DNA of 61,430 nucleotides, filler included. It is 10 parts of 10 records of this genome, joined end to end, with 100 filler letters (N's around TTAATTAATTAA, not from the genome) between each part and the next. Parts side by side here need not be neighbours in the genome. Positions count along the whole stretch, not along the records: positions 46,529 to 50,891 come from SRR7504441_2651; positions 50,992 to 61,430 come from SRR7504441_2660; 8 more parts are not named here. The stretch is one strand, 5' to 3'. Every line of letters begins with the position of its first letter. Within the stretch, counting starts at the first letter, position 1. The notes under the pieces were generated by a model. It did not search any database and had not been told where the DNA came from. It saw only the letters and a program-made list of their open reading frames with translations. The translations under genes and the position numbers were made by a program. Positions 46,529 through 56,909 of the stretch are shown piece after piece.

Positions 46529-47560
46529 TATCGGAAGGATGAGCTGGGTTCTGCGCACCAAGCGATATGGCCTGTGATATCATGGCAACAATACCCTGGG
46601 ACCACAATCGAGCAAGGCAAGTTGCAGCCCTGCAACTGGGAGTTCAAGTATGATTACCAGCCAGCGCTTGTGGGCAGCGTATCGAATGGACGTTACACGG
46701 CTGCCGCACAACTGCTGCAGCAGAATACCGGCATGCAAGCACGGCGTTCGTGGCTGTTTACAGACTACGGTGTGGCCTCAATGGTGTCTAACATGACACA
46801 GACCAACCGAAGCGCTTCTGTGCTCACCACCGTAGCGAATCAGGCGCTTGAAGGCACGGTATCTGTAATTCTAAAAACAAACCCGGAGATGGCCATTCCT
46901 CTGGGCACACGATGTCTCAATGGCACCACATTTGCAGCGGAGACAGTAATGTCAGTCCTGCATAATCACACGGCGTATCTGCTGTTCGCTGAGCCGAGCG
47001 GAGCATTGATTCGTATCGATTGCGGACCCAGAGATGGCGATTACTTCCGTATATCGACCAACCACCAACCTGCCACTAAGCAGATGTTCACCCTTTCTTA
47101 CCAGCATTCATCAGATCCTTTGCAGCAGTTTGGCTACTTGGTGCTACCGAACACAGCCGATCTGCAGCACACTAGCCTCCAGGCGCACCAAGTGGCTCTC
47201 TCTGTGAGCTCTAATGCACACGTTATTGCCAACGTTACTTCTGGTCTTGGCAGTGTTCTTTTCTTCTCCGCCGGGAATGCATTTCTAAAACTTTCGGAGG
47301 AATTACCGCTGCTGTCAGTGCAATCCAACATGCCGTGCTTGCTGCTCCTGAGTCTGGACGAAGATGATCTTTCAGTGTCAGTCAGCTCACCAGATCAATC
47401 CATTGCAACTGTGACATTGCGTCTTGCCGGAATCGATATATCTGGCGCCTCCAGCACATGTTCGCGTAGTGCTCCTGATACGCTTGAATTTACGTTGCCC
47501 AAAGAAGCAAGTAGCGGAAACAGTACAACATGCCGTGTTAGATTTTCAAAAGTTTTGTGA
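46529..47560 (+). CDS. Polysaccharide lyase family 8 (chondroitin/hyaluronate lyase-like), central and C-terminal domains, 5' truncated
   Basis: IWPVISWQQYPGTT, LVGSVSNGRY, ARRSWLF, FTLSYQH..P..FGYLVLP, PCLLLL..VSVSSPDQ match the PL8 pattern. Confidence 0.75.
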   Translation, partial: YRKDELGSAHQAIWPVISWQQYPGTTIEQGKLQPCNWEFKYDYQPALVGSVSNGRYTAAAQLLQQNTGMQARRSWLFTDYGVASMVSNMTQTNRSASVLTTVANQALEGTVSVILKTNPEMAIPLGTRCLNGTTFAAETVMSVLHNHTAYLLFAEPSGALIRIDCGPRDGDYFRISTNHQPATKQMFTLSYQHSSDPLQQFGYLVLPNTADLQHTSLQAHQVALSVSSNAHVIANVTSGLGSVLFFSAGNAFLKLSEELPLLSVQSNMPCLLLLSLDEDDLSVSVSSPDQSIATVTLRLAGIDISGASSTCSRSAPDTLEFTLPKEASSGNSTTCRVRFSKVL

Positions 47561-47776
47561 ATCCCCCCGTTGATGTGCAGCTGATGTGCGCATAACCTTT
47601 ACCGTACAGCCGTACGTATAACTATACCTTGCTGCCTTTGAGTCAAATTTCAAAGTATAGCAAAGCATTGCTAAATGATGTATTGATTATGCAGATGTTA
47701 CTATAATTGATCACAAGTCTTATAATTATGTTCGCTCGGATTACGCTTACGCTTGCAAGTGCATGGGAACTATCGG

Positions 47777-50131
47777 CTATTTTGCATGGCCAATCAAGTC
47801 ATTATTGAGACCGTTGTGTGCAATAGTATCATCCTCGGGCTCCTCGTGTGCAACATCGAGGCACTCACGCACATCTCGGGGAGGGGCGATCTGGAGGTGA
47901 AAGGGGTAGGGAGGGCAGTACATCTCATGTGGGGAATACGAAAAGTCGTTTCGATGGATCAGGAATATCACATCCAGATCCTCCCTCTGAGCCACATTGT
48001 GCTGGCTGAGCATGGCAAGTTCCTCCGTGCTCAAACACCCTTCAGGCGCACCCAGCACCACTCGCTTGAGTGTAATATTCGACTGAATCGCCTCTAGCAA
48101 TGCTGCAATTTGCGACCCTCTTAGCGCCACATCTTCTGAGCCAATGTAGAGCGCGTGATACTCCAGGCACTCGAGCGTGGGATGCTCTTGAATCAGCGCA
48201 GTGACTGCAGTTATTGTCTCGTAGCCCGGCACCGTTTGTGGCTCCAAGTTCGCCTCCACAACCTGCCCTCCAAGTGAGTGTCTGCAAGAAGCACACAGGT
48301 CGCACCAATTTTTGTAGAGTCTTATTCGAACACGCGCCCTCAATCAGTGCTTTGAGTGCGGAAGTCTGTTCCGAGATGAAGTCTTCGGTCTCGATTTGTG
48401 ATAGCACCAGCTCACGCAAGCTGGATGTTTTCTCGAGCAGAGTGCACAGAGACTCTCCTACCTCCGCGGTCGGTCCGAAGTCATGCTCCCCTTGCAATAC
48501 CAGCGACCGTAAGGAGGGATGCCGCCCGGCTGCTCGGAATACTGCGGCCACCGTTGCAGAGCCGAAGAAACAGTCGCTTAGACAGAGGCACTGCAGATCT
48601 GGCAGCGCATCGAGGGTCTCTGCGACCCAGACTGCGCCTGAGTTGGTTTGTTGCCACGTACCATCCTCTTCAAGTTGATCACTGATTCTCAGGCTTCGGA
48701 GGGGCTCGCATTTCTTGAGGCCATCAACAAACACATGTGCCACAGCTTCGAATCGTTCACGAGATAGCTGGCAGGTATCTACGGCCAGCTCAACCAAATT
48801 GGGCAGCGCCAGGATCTTCTTCCACATGGCTACGCACCCAGCAGTGCCTGTAGGGTAGCCCGCATCTGCTTCCTTGTCATACCGGCCTGGGTCCATATAA
48901 ACAACAGCAACATTTTCAAGTGTGCTCGGAAGTGTGCTGGCAAATGCTTCGAGCATGCTGTCGCCAGTCACGGATGATGTGTTCAGCCCGCCCAGCCACT
49001 CAGACTGGGTGAAGTTGAATTTTCGCAGGGAAGAGGCCTTCATTATCGAGCATAATCTCTCAAAAGGAATATGTTGGGCGTACTCGCTCGGGGAGTTCGA
49101 ACCATCCAACCTAGCGAACCCCGCAGCTACAAACCTCCCGATCAAAGCATCATCCAGCCGGGAGTAGTTGGGATGCTCCGCTGGATGAGGCGCATCCAGA
49201 TCGGCCTGGTCCGCGATCGCGTTGAGAATGTGCTGCTTATCGGCTTCGACAGAGGCGTCACCATGTGCGATCAGGAAACGTGGCTTCTGATCCTGGCTCT
49301 GACCGCCAAGAGCCATCACGATCAGCTCCAACGGAAAGCCGATCTCGCGATCAATCTTTGAATCGGGCTTCTCGCCGGGCAGGTAACCATCGCACAGTCC
49401 TCGCGCAACGTAGCTGTTATCTTCGGCATCTTCTGAGGCCAAAGCGTACACGTCGTACAGCTTGGCAGGGGCATCCTCAGGCTGTTCCGCGGACACCGAG
49501 AGAAAAACCTCAAACCCGCACCAGATCCGAGTGAACGAGACAGCGGTTTGATCCAGAATGGTCACCGTCCCCACAGTCAAAGCCATAGCCCGGGCAAAGG
49601 CCGAGGCCCTTGGGTCGTTGGTAACATCGCCGGATAAGGCCCACTGGTTATTGCTGTATGCACACACCCAGTAGGGGCTCTCGATGCCCAGCTGACGGTC
49701 GCGCGCGTGTTGCCTGAGGCACCTGATGAACGCCAGCACAGGCTCGCCCCACCAACTGCCCCCCGCGCCTTAGTCAACGCCACGCCGGGGGACTCACTGG
49801 CTGACGAACCAAGTTGGCAGCTGGGCGGTCAGGGCAACCAGCTCGACGTAGCTGCACCTGGCGAAAGATGAGCCAGGAGAGCAAGCAGGGCGCACAGTCG
49901 CGGCTCGGTGGCCGGTTTGATGACCTTGTCGGCAACGTCGTAGAGCGTCACCAGGCCGGGCTCGAGCCGGTTTTCTTTCCAGTCAGTCCACCCCTCAGGG
50001 GAACACCGGCGGGCGAGGTGCGCATAAACTCGGGCCAGTTGGGCCACTGTGATGCCCCGGTGCTCGGTACTCTCGATGGTGCACCCGCCGCCCTCGGGAG
50101 TCTCGTGCAGGTCCTCGAAGCTCACCGCCAT
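47777..50131 (-). CDS. HET-like N-terminal domain + RI-type LRR protein, 3 introns
   Basis: Spliced: IKPAT..L|CSYVEL..PTWFVSH|WWGEP, YWVCAYSNNQW, FTRIWCGFE, then LxxLxL repeats (LPDLQCLCLSDC, HPSLRSLVL, SSLRELVLS). Confidence 0.72.
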
Positions 50132-50416
50132 GTTGGAGATCTAACTGACATTCAGGCAAGACGTCCCTCCGGCTCGAAGCTCTTGGCCTCTTCTCTGAGT
50201 GGGCACTGGTGGCAGGGACAATTGATGTGGAACAAACATCCTTCGTGGGCCCCTTGCTAGCGGGATCTGGGCTCTAGCCCCTAAGACGAGCGACCAGCTC
50301 GGGTTAAACCTCGAATTATTGGTGCTAAGTGTGCACAGGAGCTATTGCATGAGCTATTGTCGTGTGTGTTTGCAAGATACTATTAAACGCTAGTTAAACA
50401 TAAAGCATGTACTCGT

Positions 50417-50891
50417 CTAGTAGTCGGACTCGGACTCATATATGGCGTGAATTTCACCACCGACATTCGGGAAGGCTGCAGGGATGTCTTGGTCCTGGAG
50501 CTGATTGCCACACAACTCGAGATGCTCACCCACTGTGATTGACCCGAAGGAGTCAGGCAGCGAGCTGAGCTGATTGTTATCCAAATACAGATGCCCACCC
50601 ACTGCGATCGACCCGAAGGAGTCAGGCAGCGAGCTCAGCTGATTGTAATGCAAATACAGATCCGCTGTGGTGACGACGGCCCCAAACAGCTCAGGGAGTG
50701 CCCGCAGCCCACAGCTCATCAGGTCCCAGCTCTTGATCGAGCCGTCGTGGTTCAGGCTCAACCCCTCCCGTAGCTCAACCGAGGTCACAGGGACGCCCGG
50801 GTTGGCCTCGAGCATCTCTGCAATCAGCACGTCTAGGAACAGCTCCCGCGCCCAGAGCCTGGCACTGTTCACCAGCACCTCTGGCCACGCC
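50417..50891 (-). CDS. LRR protein, 3' part, with 23-aa LSSLPDSFGSIxVGxxLxLxxNQ repeats
   Basis: ORF translation plus a 69-bp DNA tandem repeat with copies starting at 50531 and 50600. Confidence 0.8.
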
Positions 50892-50991
50892 NNNNNNNNN
50901 NNNNNNNNNNNNNNNNNNNNNNNNNNNNNNNNNNNTTAATTAATTAANNNNNNNNNNNNNNNNNNNNNNNNNNNNNNNNNNNNNNNNNNNN

Positions 50992-52215
50992 CCTTTCCTT
51001 GGCCTCAGCCTCTGCCTTCTGGAGTGCCTCCATGAAGGCCACCGCCTTGGCCTTCTGGAGTGCCTTGGCCTCCTGTCGTGCCTCAGCCGCCGCCTCGGCC
51101 TTTGGCTTGGTCGCCGCCCTTTCCTTGGCCACCGCCTTTTCCTCTGCCGACTCAAGCCGCTCGATAGCTGCCTTCAGCTCAATGATCCGCGCCCGGTGCT
51201 CCAGTGCCTTCAGCATGCTTCGCCGAGCTCTACTGCCGAATTGAATAAACCGAAGCCACAAGTCAACAGCCTTGAGCATTCCCTTCTCAGTGCGTAGTGC
51301 AATCGAGCGCATCCAGCTCCGCCGCATTCTGCACATCAGCCTGATCCGCCACTGCCACAGCTTCAGTCCTCGCCTTGAGCTGCGACGATCTGCGCGGTCC
51401 TGGCCCATGCGCACCAGGAGAGCACGCGCTTCGCTGGCCGACGTGGAGGCTGCTAGCTTCTCCTTATGCCCTGGCCTTTTGAGGAGAATCAGCTTGCCAT
51501 TCTTGATAAGATGTCTCTGCCAGTCGAATAGTTTCTGTCGTCCCAACTGTATCACTTCTAGCAGCTCTTGAATTCCAGCTTGTTCGCCCTGAGCTGCCTC
51601 TTCAACGAACTCCAATGCCGCCACCAGCTCACGATGAATTCCAGCATTCGCCTTGGTGCAGCTTGGACTGACCTGATCCATCAGGTTTGGCGCAGACTGG
51701 GAGGGGCTACTGCTGCCCTCTTCCACCTCCTGTCGCCACTGCTGCCATGCTTTAGACAGTTGATGACGCATCAGATGCACATGCAGCAAGCTATGCAGCA
51801 GGAGAGGTTGCTGCCGCCAGACCTGCCAAGCTTTCTGGGCACTCGCGCGGAGCGTGAACGTCGAGCACAGGTTCTCGAGGGCTGCCTCAGAGCATCGAAG
51901 TAGCTTAGCCACACGCGGCTTGTTCACCAGGCCGTGCCAGCTTAGCTGACCAACTTCAGCGGCGCGGATATCTCGTAAACAGGCAGCGCCACAGGCCCCC
52001 AATTGCAGCAACTGAGCATCGGTCGCGCCTAAGGACACGGCTGTGTGCAGAAGCCGGGCCGCAGCCGGTAGCGCGTCGACGGATTCTTCGAGGTTGGCAG
52101 CATCTGCAGGCACACGCCGAGTGAGTCGCTGCTCGGCTTGAAAGAGCTTGGGGCGGGGGGTTGCCCTGGTAACTGTCGTTCCGGCCGCTTGGTTGGCATT
52201 GCTGTCATCCGGCAC
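50992..52215 (-). CDS. Hypothetical protein with Trp-containing helical repeats and an Ala/Glu/Lys-rich region (3' truncated)
   Basis: Long open frame; KAWQVWRQ, KAWQQWRQ and KAVDLWLRF resemble Sfi1-type repeats. Confidence 0.55.
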
Positions 52216-53918
52216 TCGTCACCAATCGTGGCACACGAGGGGCTGCCCACCGAGGCTGCGCGTGTGAAGGGGCTACGCGGGTTGGTGGCAAGAGTCGACA
52301 GCGCGGGTCGCAGCGATGCCTTTGGGGAAGCACACAGCGTCGATTAGTGGCGGAGCACTAATCGGCGGCGCGTACAGCCGGCCAGGCATAGGCAATGGAC
52401 AAGCCGGGGGCGCTTCTATATACCTCATTCGGCACGCCCTCGAGTCGCATTGCACAGCTTGGATTTGCAATCGGCTATGCCGTTACTTTGCCGTTAGGCT
52501 CGACGCCCGCCGGGCACAGCGGGAGATCTGAGAGCCAGAGCCAGGATCTGGGCCAGCTCCCGGCGCGGCAGGCTCGCGCAGCCTGTCCAGACCCGGCGGA
52601 TCGGACCGCGTGCCCGAGCGTTTGGCTCCAGTCTCGCTTCCGGCTCCGCACAGGCGGTGGAAGTGCTGGGTCGGGCCAGCGGCGTCGGCCGGCTCTCGAG
52701 ACCAGCCGAGGCCAGTGCATGGAACCAGGACTGTGGTGACTGGCACTGGGGCTGGGTATATGGCCCTGGCCCAGCCAGGGGCGGTGATGACGTCCCGAGC
52801 GCCAATGTCGGTTGCAGAGTGGCCCAACCGACGACGCATCTAACCGACAATCTCATCTTGCACCGCTGTACAGAGGCACGAGGCCCCTCTTCGCGACTAG
52901 GCCTGGGCGACAGCCATCCAGGCGCGCTGGCGCGGGCCATGTTGCCCATGTGGCCGCTGAGTCACCGCAAGGGCAGTTCACAGCTGAAGCAGGTGGGCAG
53001 CCCCGCCGGCAGACGTGAGGAACGAGTCGCCGTGCAAGCTGCGGCTGCCTGGCTAAACGGGTCAAAAGTTACTGCGGAGGCACGGACCTTTCGGTAGGCG
53101 TGAAGGTCTGAGAATCACCGAGTCGTGGTGTTTCACGAGGCGCGGATGGCTACCTCAGCACTAGCATTTATTCACGGTTTGCGTGACAGCTGCCCTAGGC
53201 CATACGAGATCACGATGTGAAGGTTAGCCCGTCCCAACGAGGCCTGCCCTCTCGGTCTCTGCGGCTGCTTCTCCACAGCGTACACGCGGCAGCCCGTCGG
53301 TGGGTGCATTCCTACTGCATTCCGGTGCAGCTTTGCCAGCCCGCGGACCTGGTCATGAACTTTGATGCCAGAACTGATGCTGCGGTCTAGTTCATGGGCA
53401 CTTATTACTCCAAGCTCGCTCAGCTACTTCCTAAATCAGCGGGGCACTTCTCGCATAGGGGCACCCAAGGGCACCTTCGGAGCATTGCATCCTTGCAGCC
53501 CTGCCTCCTTGATCAGATGGTATATATCCCTATGGTTGTCGATGCCTGCCGTTGGCTAGGTGACACCATTAAGTAACGTATGTAATGTCACAATACTCGC
53601 TATCAAACGAGTGCACCGGTTACCGTTTTGAGCTTATGATTGTGCACCGGTATAGGGTTGATCATGACCTGAGAGCTGTCACTCCCACCATTGCATAGGG
53701 TATGTATATACTGGCCCGCCTTGCCCTCTTGGGGGGGTTAGCTAGCCGTGCGTCGTCGGATCGAGCGCACTGGCATGATCTTTGATGAGTGTGATGAGAT
53801 CGACAGATCAATCCTGCAGTGCAGGACTGCATGCGCCACCTCTCAGAAATCGCAAGCTGACTCGGGCACACACCTCGGGTCGGGCCAGCCCTGCGGGCGG
53901 CCTGCGAGGGCGGGCGAG

Positions 53919-55960
53919 ATGTCGGGGCATGAGGAGTCTCTGCTGACTGGGATCCGCCGCCTGGAGCTGGTGAGAGACGACCTGATCCCGGCGCTCTTGG
54001 GGCTGGCCGACTGGCTGAGCACCAAGGACGCGAGTCTGCTGTTCAACCGGTGGGTGTTCGCCGAGCGGGGACGCGGCGGCAGCGGGGACGCGGCGGACGA
54101 CCCGGTGATTCCATCTACGATGAAGTGCAAGTCCGACCTGCAGCACTCTGTCCAGTGCAAGCACGCCTGCAGCAGGCAGCAGGCCGGGGAGGTTCTGGAC
54201 GAGTGGCTGGGGCGCGCGGCGATCCTGAGGCGCAAGCTGCGCAGGTTCGAACAGGACAACCAGAACACTGCGTTCACTGTGATCCAGACTGAGCAGCAGG
54301 ACGTCGCAGCCTCAACCGAGGGCCAGCGTGCCAATGATACGATCCAGCTCACGGTTCGGACCGATGATGATCAGAAGCAGCGCTATTCGTACAGCCTGTC
54401 GGTCACTAGATATGCCAAGCTGAGGGAGGCGTACCGCGTGTGCAGCCTGGGCGGGCTCACGGACGAGCCGAGTCAGCAGTTCCTGATTAGGCTGTTGAGC
54501 ATGATCCTGAGGTACGAGGTGTTGCTGGTTCACAGCGCGTGCGAGGGCCTGCAAGGCACTGTGCTCCCAGAGGCCTTCAAGGTGCTCGAGAGCGACTTCG
54601 GTGTGACGGCCGAGCTGTACGCCTCCCCGGTGAACGCGACCATTCCGGCGTTCTGCTCTATGTTCCCTGAAACCGACCTGCACTTTGGCTCACTCGGAGA
54701 TGTGATGCAGTTCGAGCCTTTACAGGGCTCTTTCGAAGTGAACCCTCCCTTCTTGGGCTGCTGCGTCCGCGAGTTTGCATCGCACTGCACCCGGCTGTTG
54801 AAAGCATCAGAAGATCAGTGCAAAGCCTTGTGCTTTATTGTTTTTCTGAACAGAGAGCTGGTGGACACTCTGACAAAAGATCCAGAGACCCGAAAGTTTC
54901 TGCGGGCAGAAGTGACCGTGCCTAAGGGGAAGCACCACTTTGCCTGCCCTGCATCAGCTGGGGCCACCCTTGGATTGAATTGGAATGGTGGGCTGTTTAG
55001 AGCGACTTTCGACACAGTCGTGGTTTGGCTTCAGACCACTAAGGCCAACCTTGTATGGTCACCCACGGAGCCCCGCCGCCAAAAGCTTGTAACAGCTTTG
55101 ATGTCGCGCGGGCGTCAGGTGCTCTTGCTACGCTTTTGTGGGGGATCGGCTTCCTGACTGGAGCGGGGTGTGCAGGCAACAAACATTTCACAGAGGCAGG
55201 CTAGGGCCAACAGTTCGCAGAGGCAGACGCGGGGGGACAAGCCGCCGCCGACTGAGCCGCAGCGTCCAATGTCTTCCCGTTTGGGGAAGCGACAGGCGAA
55301 CGAACCCGAGGGCAAGCCTATGAATGGCTGCAAGCGGAAGCGGGGCTCTCAGGAGTGGGTACTGATGCTCAGGCAGACTACTCCGTTCAGCGACCGCAAC
55401 GGAGGGGGGTTCTTCCGACCCGAGCAGTGGAGCCTAAACGCTCACGACAAGCAGGCAGGGCTGTACTGTGACTTAGACAGGATTGAGAAATATAGAGGAG
55501 GCCAATATAACAACTTTGAGTTCCAGCTCAAGTGGCCTGGGAGCGGAGCTGAACCGCAGGTCTGGCAGCAAGATTCCAACCCATGCAACTCCACTCGGGT
55601 CACGGTGGGCTTGCCGGCCCGGCCGGCGATCACCCATGCTGCCAGGGCTACTATGCCGAACAGGGCGGCGCCCCGCATTCGGAGTTCTGCTGGGGCGGTG
55701 TCCAGAGAGACGCACGCCACCGATGCCTACTACATGGCAGTGCGGACGATCCGCGGGGTGCAAAGTGGTTCTATGCAATGGGCACGTTCAAGGAATGGCA
55801 CAACCCGCGTGGAGGACAAAGAATTCGAGGCAACGGCGGTATCCCGGGGTGAGCTTCACACAGTTGGCGCGCCCTGAGCTCTGTGTGTGGCAGGCCCTCA
55901 GGTGCATGCCTCGTAGTCTACGTAGTTGAGCTCTGGGTGAGGGACCCCGACTTTCGATAG
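53919..55960 (+). CDS. PCIF1/CAPAM-like adenine methyltransferase, probably fused to a C-terminal fibrinogen-related domain; introns 55119-55175, 55605-55645, 55849-55893
   Basis: LRY..., GLQ...F.VL..DFGV..ELYASP.N, FCSMFPETD..FGSLG, GSFEVNPPF. Spliced tail: WVLMLRQT...LDRIEKYR...FEFQLKWP...WQQDSNP...WGG...LLHGS...WFYAMG...GIPG...VELWV*. Confidence 0.78.
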
Positions 55961-56153
55961 GCTGGAACCTTAGATCTAATTATTTTACACTCGTTACCGT
56001 CTAGAGTTCACGATTACTCTACGATTACTCGTGACCACCGCATGATGAATTACTATACCAAAAACGTTAATCAATGTACCGTGGGGGATCTCATCCAATT
56101 TGCAGTACTTAGCACAATTAATACATGTACTCGTACGAGTACGTACTTACAAA

Positions 56154-56828
56154 TCACAATTCTCTCCCCCCGTCTTGGCAAGCTGCGACTCGCCGGCAAA
56201 TGTCCGCTTTGAACGCGGCTTCAGACGTTGACTGCTCGATTGATTGTACAACCGATTCCTTGTGCTCGGTGGCAAAGAACCGGTACGCCTGAGATAGGTG
56301 CTGATGGGTGTCGGCGCCCATGCTGATCGAGCCAGAAATGCTGCCGCCTCGCATCACGTTATTAAAGTCGATGTACTGCCGGCTGCCCGGGTCGCCCATC
56401 ACCGCCCACTGCGCCCCCGCCCGATCCAACCCCGCCAGCGCCCCGGCCAGCGCCACCTCGACCGCCTGCTCGCTCTGCTCAGCAGTCGGCTCGTCCGGAT
56501 CCTCGGGCTCCAGGTTATACTTGCGACACACCTTTAGGTAAAGCTCGTATTCCTGCCCGGCCGACCGCCGGAGCAGCGAGTCCACCGTGCCCAGCTTGCT
56601 TGGGTTGTGCGCAGTGTATATCGCCCGCAGCCGGTCTCTGTACACCAGTCCGGCGGCCGATGTTCGCTTGTGCTGGCTCCACAGGTCGGTCGCGAAGTTG
56701 GTACATGCCGAGCAGCGCAGGTCCGGCTCGAGCGAGCTCAGATCAAACGCCGCCGCCTCTGTCTCCAGGATGTGTGTTGACAACCCTATCAGTGCCAACA
56801 GCGTCGCACCCGCACCTCGGGGCGCCAT
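56154..56828 (-). CDS. Secreted/ER saposin-like (Canopy-like) protein with an inserted helical module; ends in -REL
   Basis: Signal peptide, LRCSAC...ICRRVAAC, insert YRDRLRAIY..HNPSKL..VD.LL....G.E.ELY.KV..KY, C-terminal GGREL. Confidence 0.6.
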   Translation of the reverse strand: MAPRGAGATLLALIGLSTHILETEAAAFDLSSLEPDLRCSACTNFATDLWSQHKRTSAAGLVYRDRLRAIYTAHNPSKLGTVDSLLRRSAGQEYELYLKVCRKYNLEPEDPDEPTAEQSEQAVEVALAGALAGLDRAGAQWAVMGDPGSRQYIDFNNVMRGGSISGSISMGADTHQHLSQAYRFFATEHKESVVQSIEQSTSEAAFKADICRRVAACQDGGREL

Positions 56829-56842
56829 CAGGGCTTGGGACT

Positions 56843-56855
56843 GTCAGCTGACCGT
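56843..56855. promoter_or_regulatory. Candidate promoter palindrome GTCAGCTGAC(CGT), also at 10844-10856
   Basis: Identical 13-mer just upstream of two minus-strand start codons on different contigs; variant GTCAAGTTGACCG at 2350. Confidence 0.4.
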
Positions 56856-56909
56856 TATCTGCAACCTTTCCAAAGCCCGGTGGTGAGCTCAGGAGCCACT
56901 TGCGGCACG

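Noticed and set aside
5407-50991. Nine regularly recurring TTAATTAATTAA palindromes as a repeat array, CRISPR or piggyBac TTAA sites
   Set aside because: They are embedded in fixed-length N runs and are an artificial six-frame-stop contig linker.
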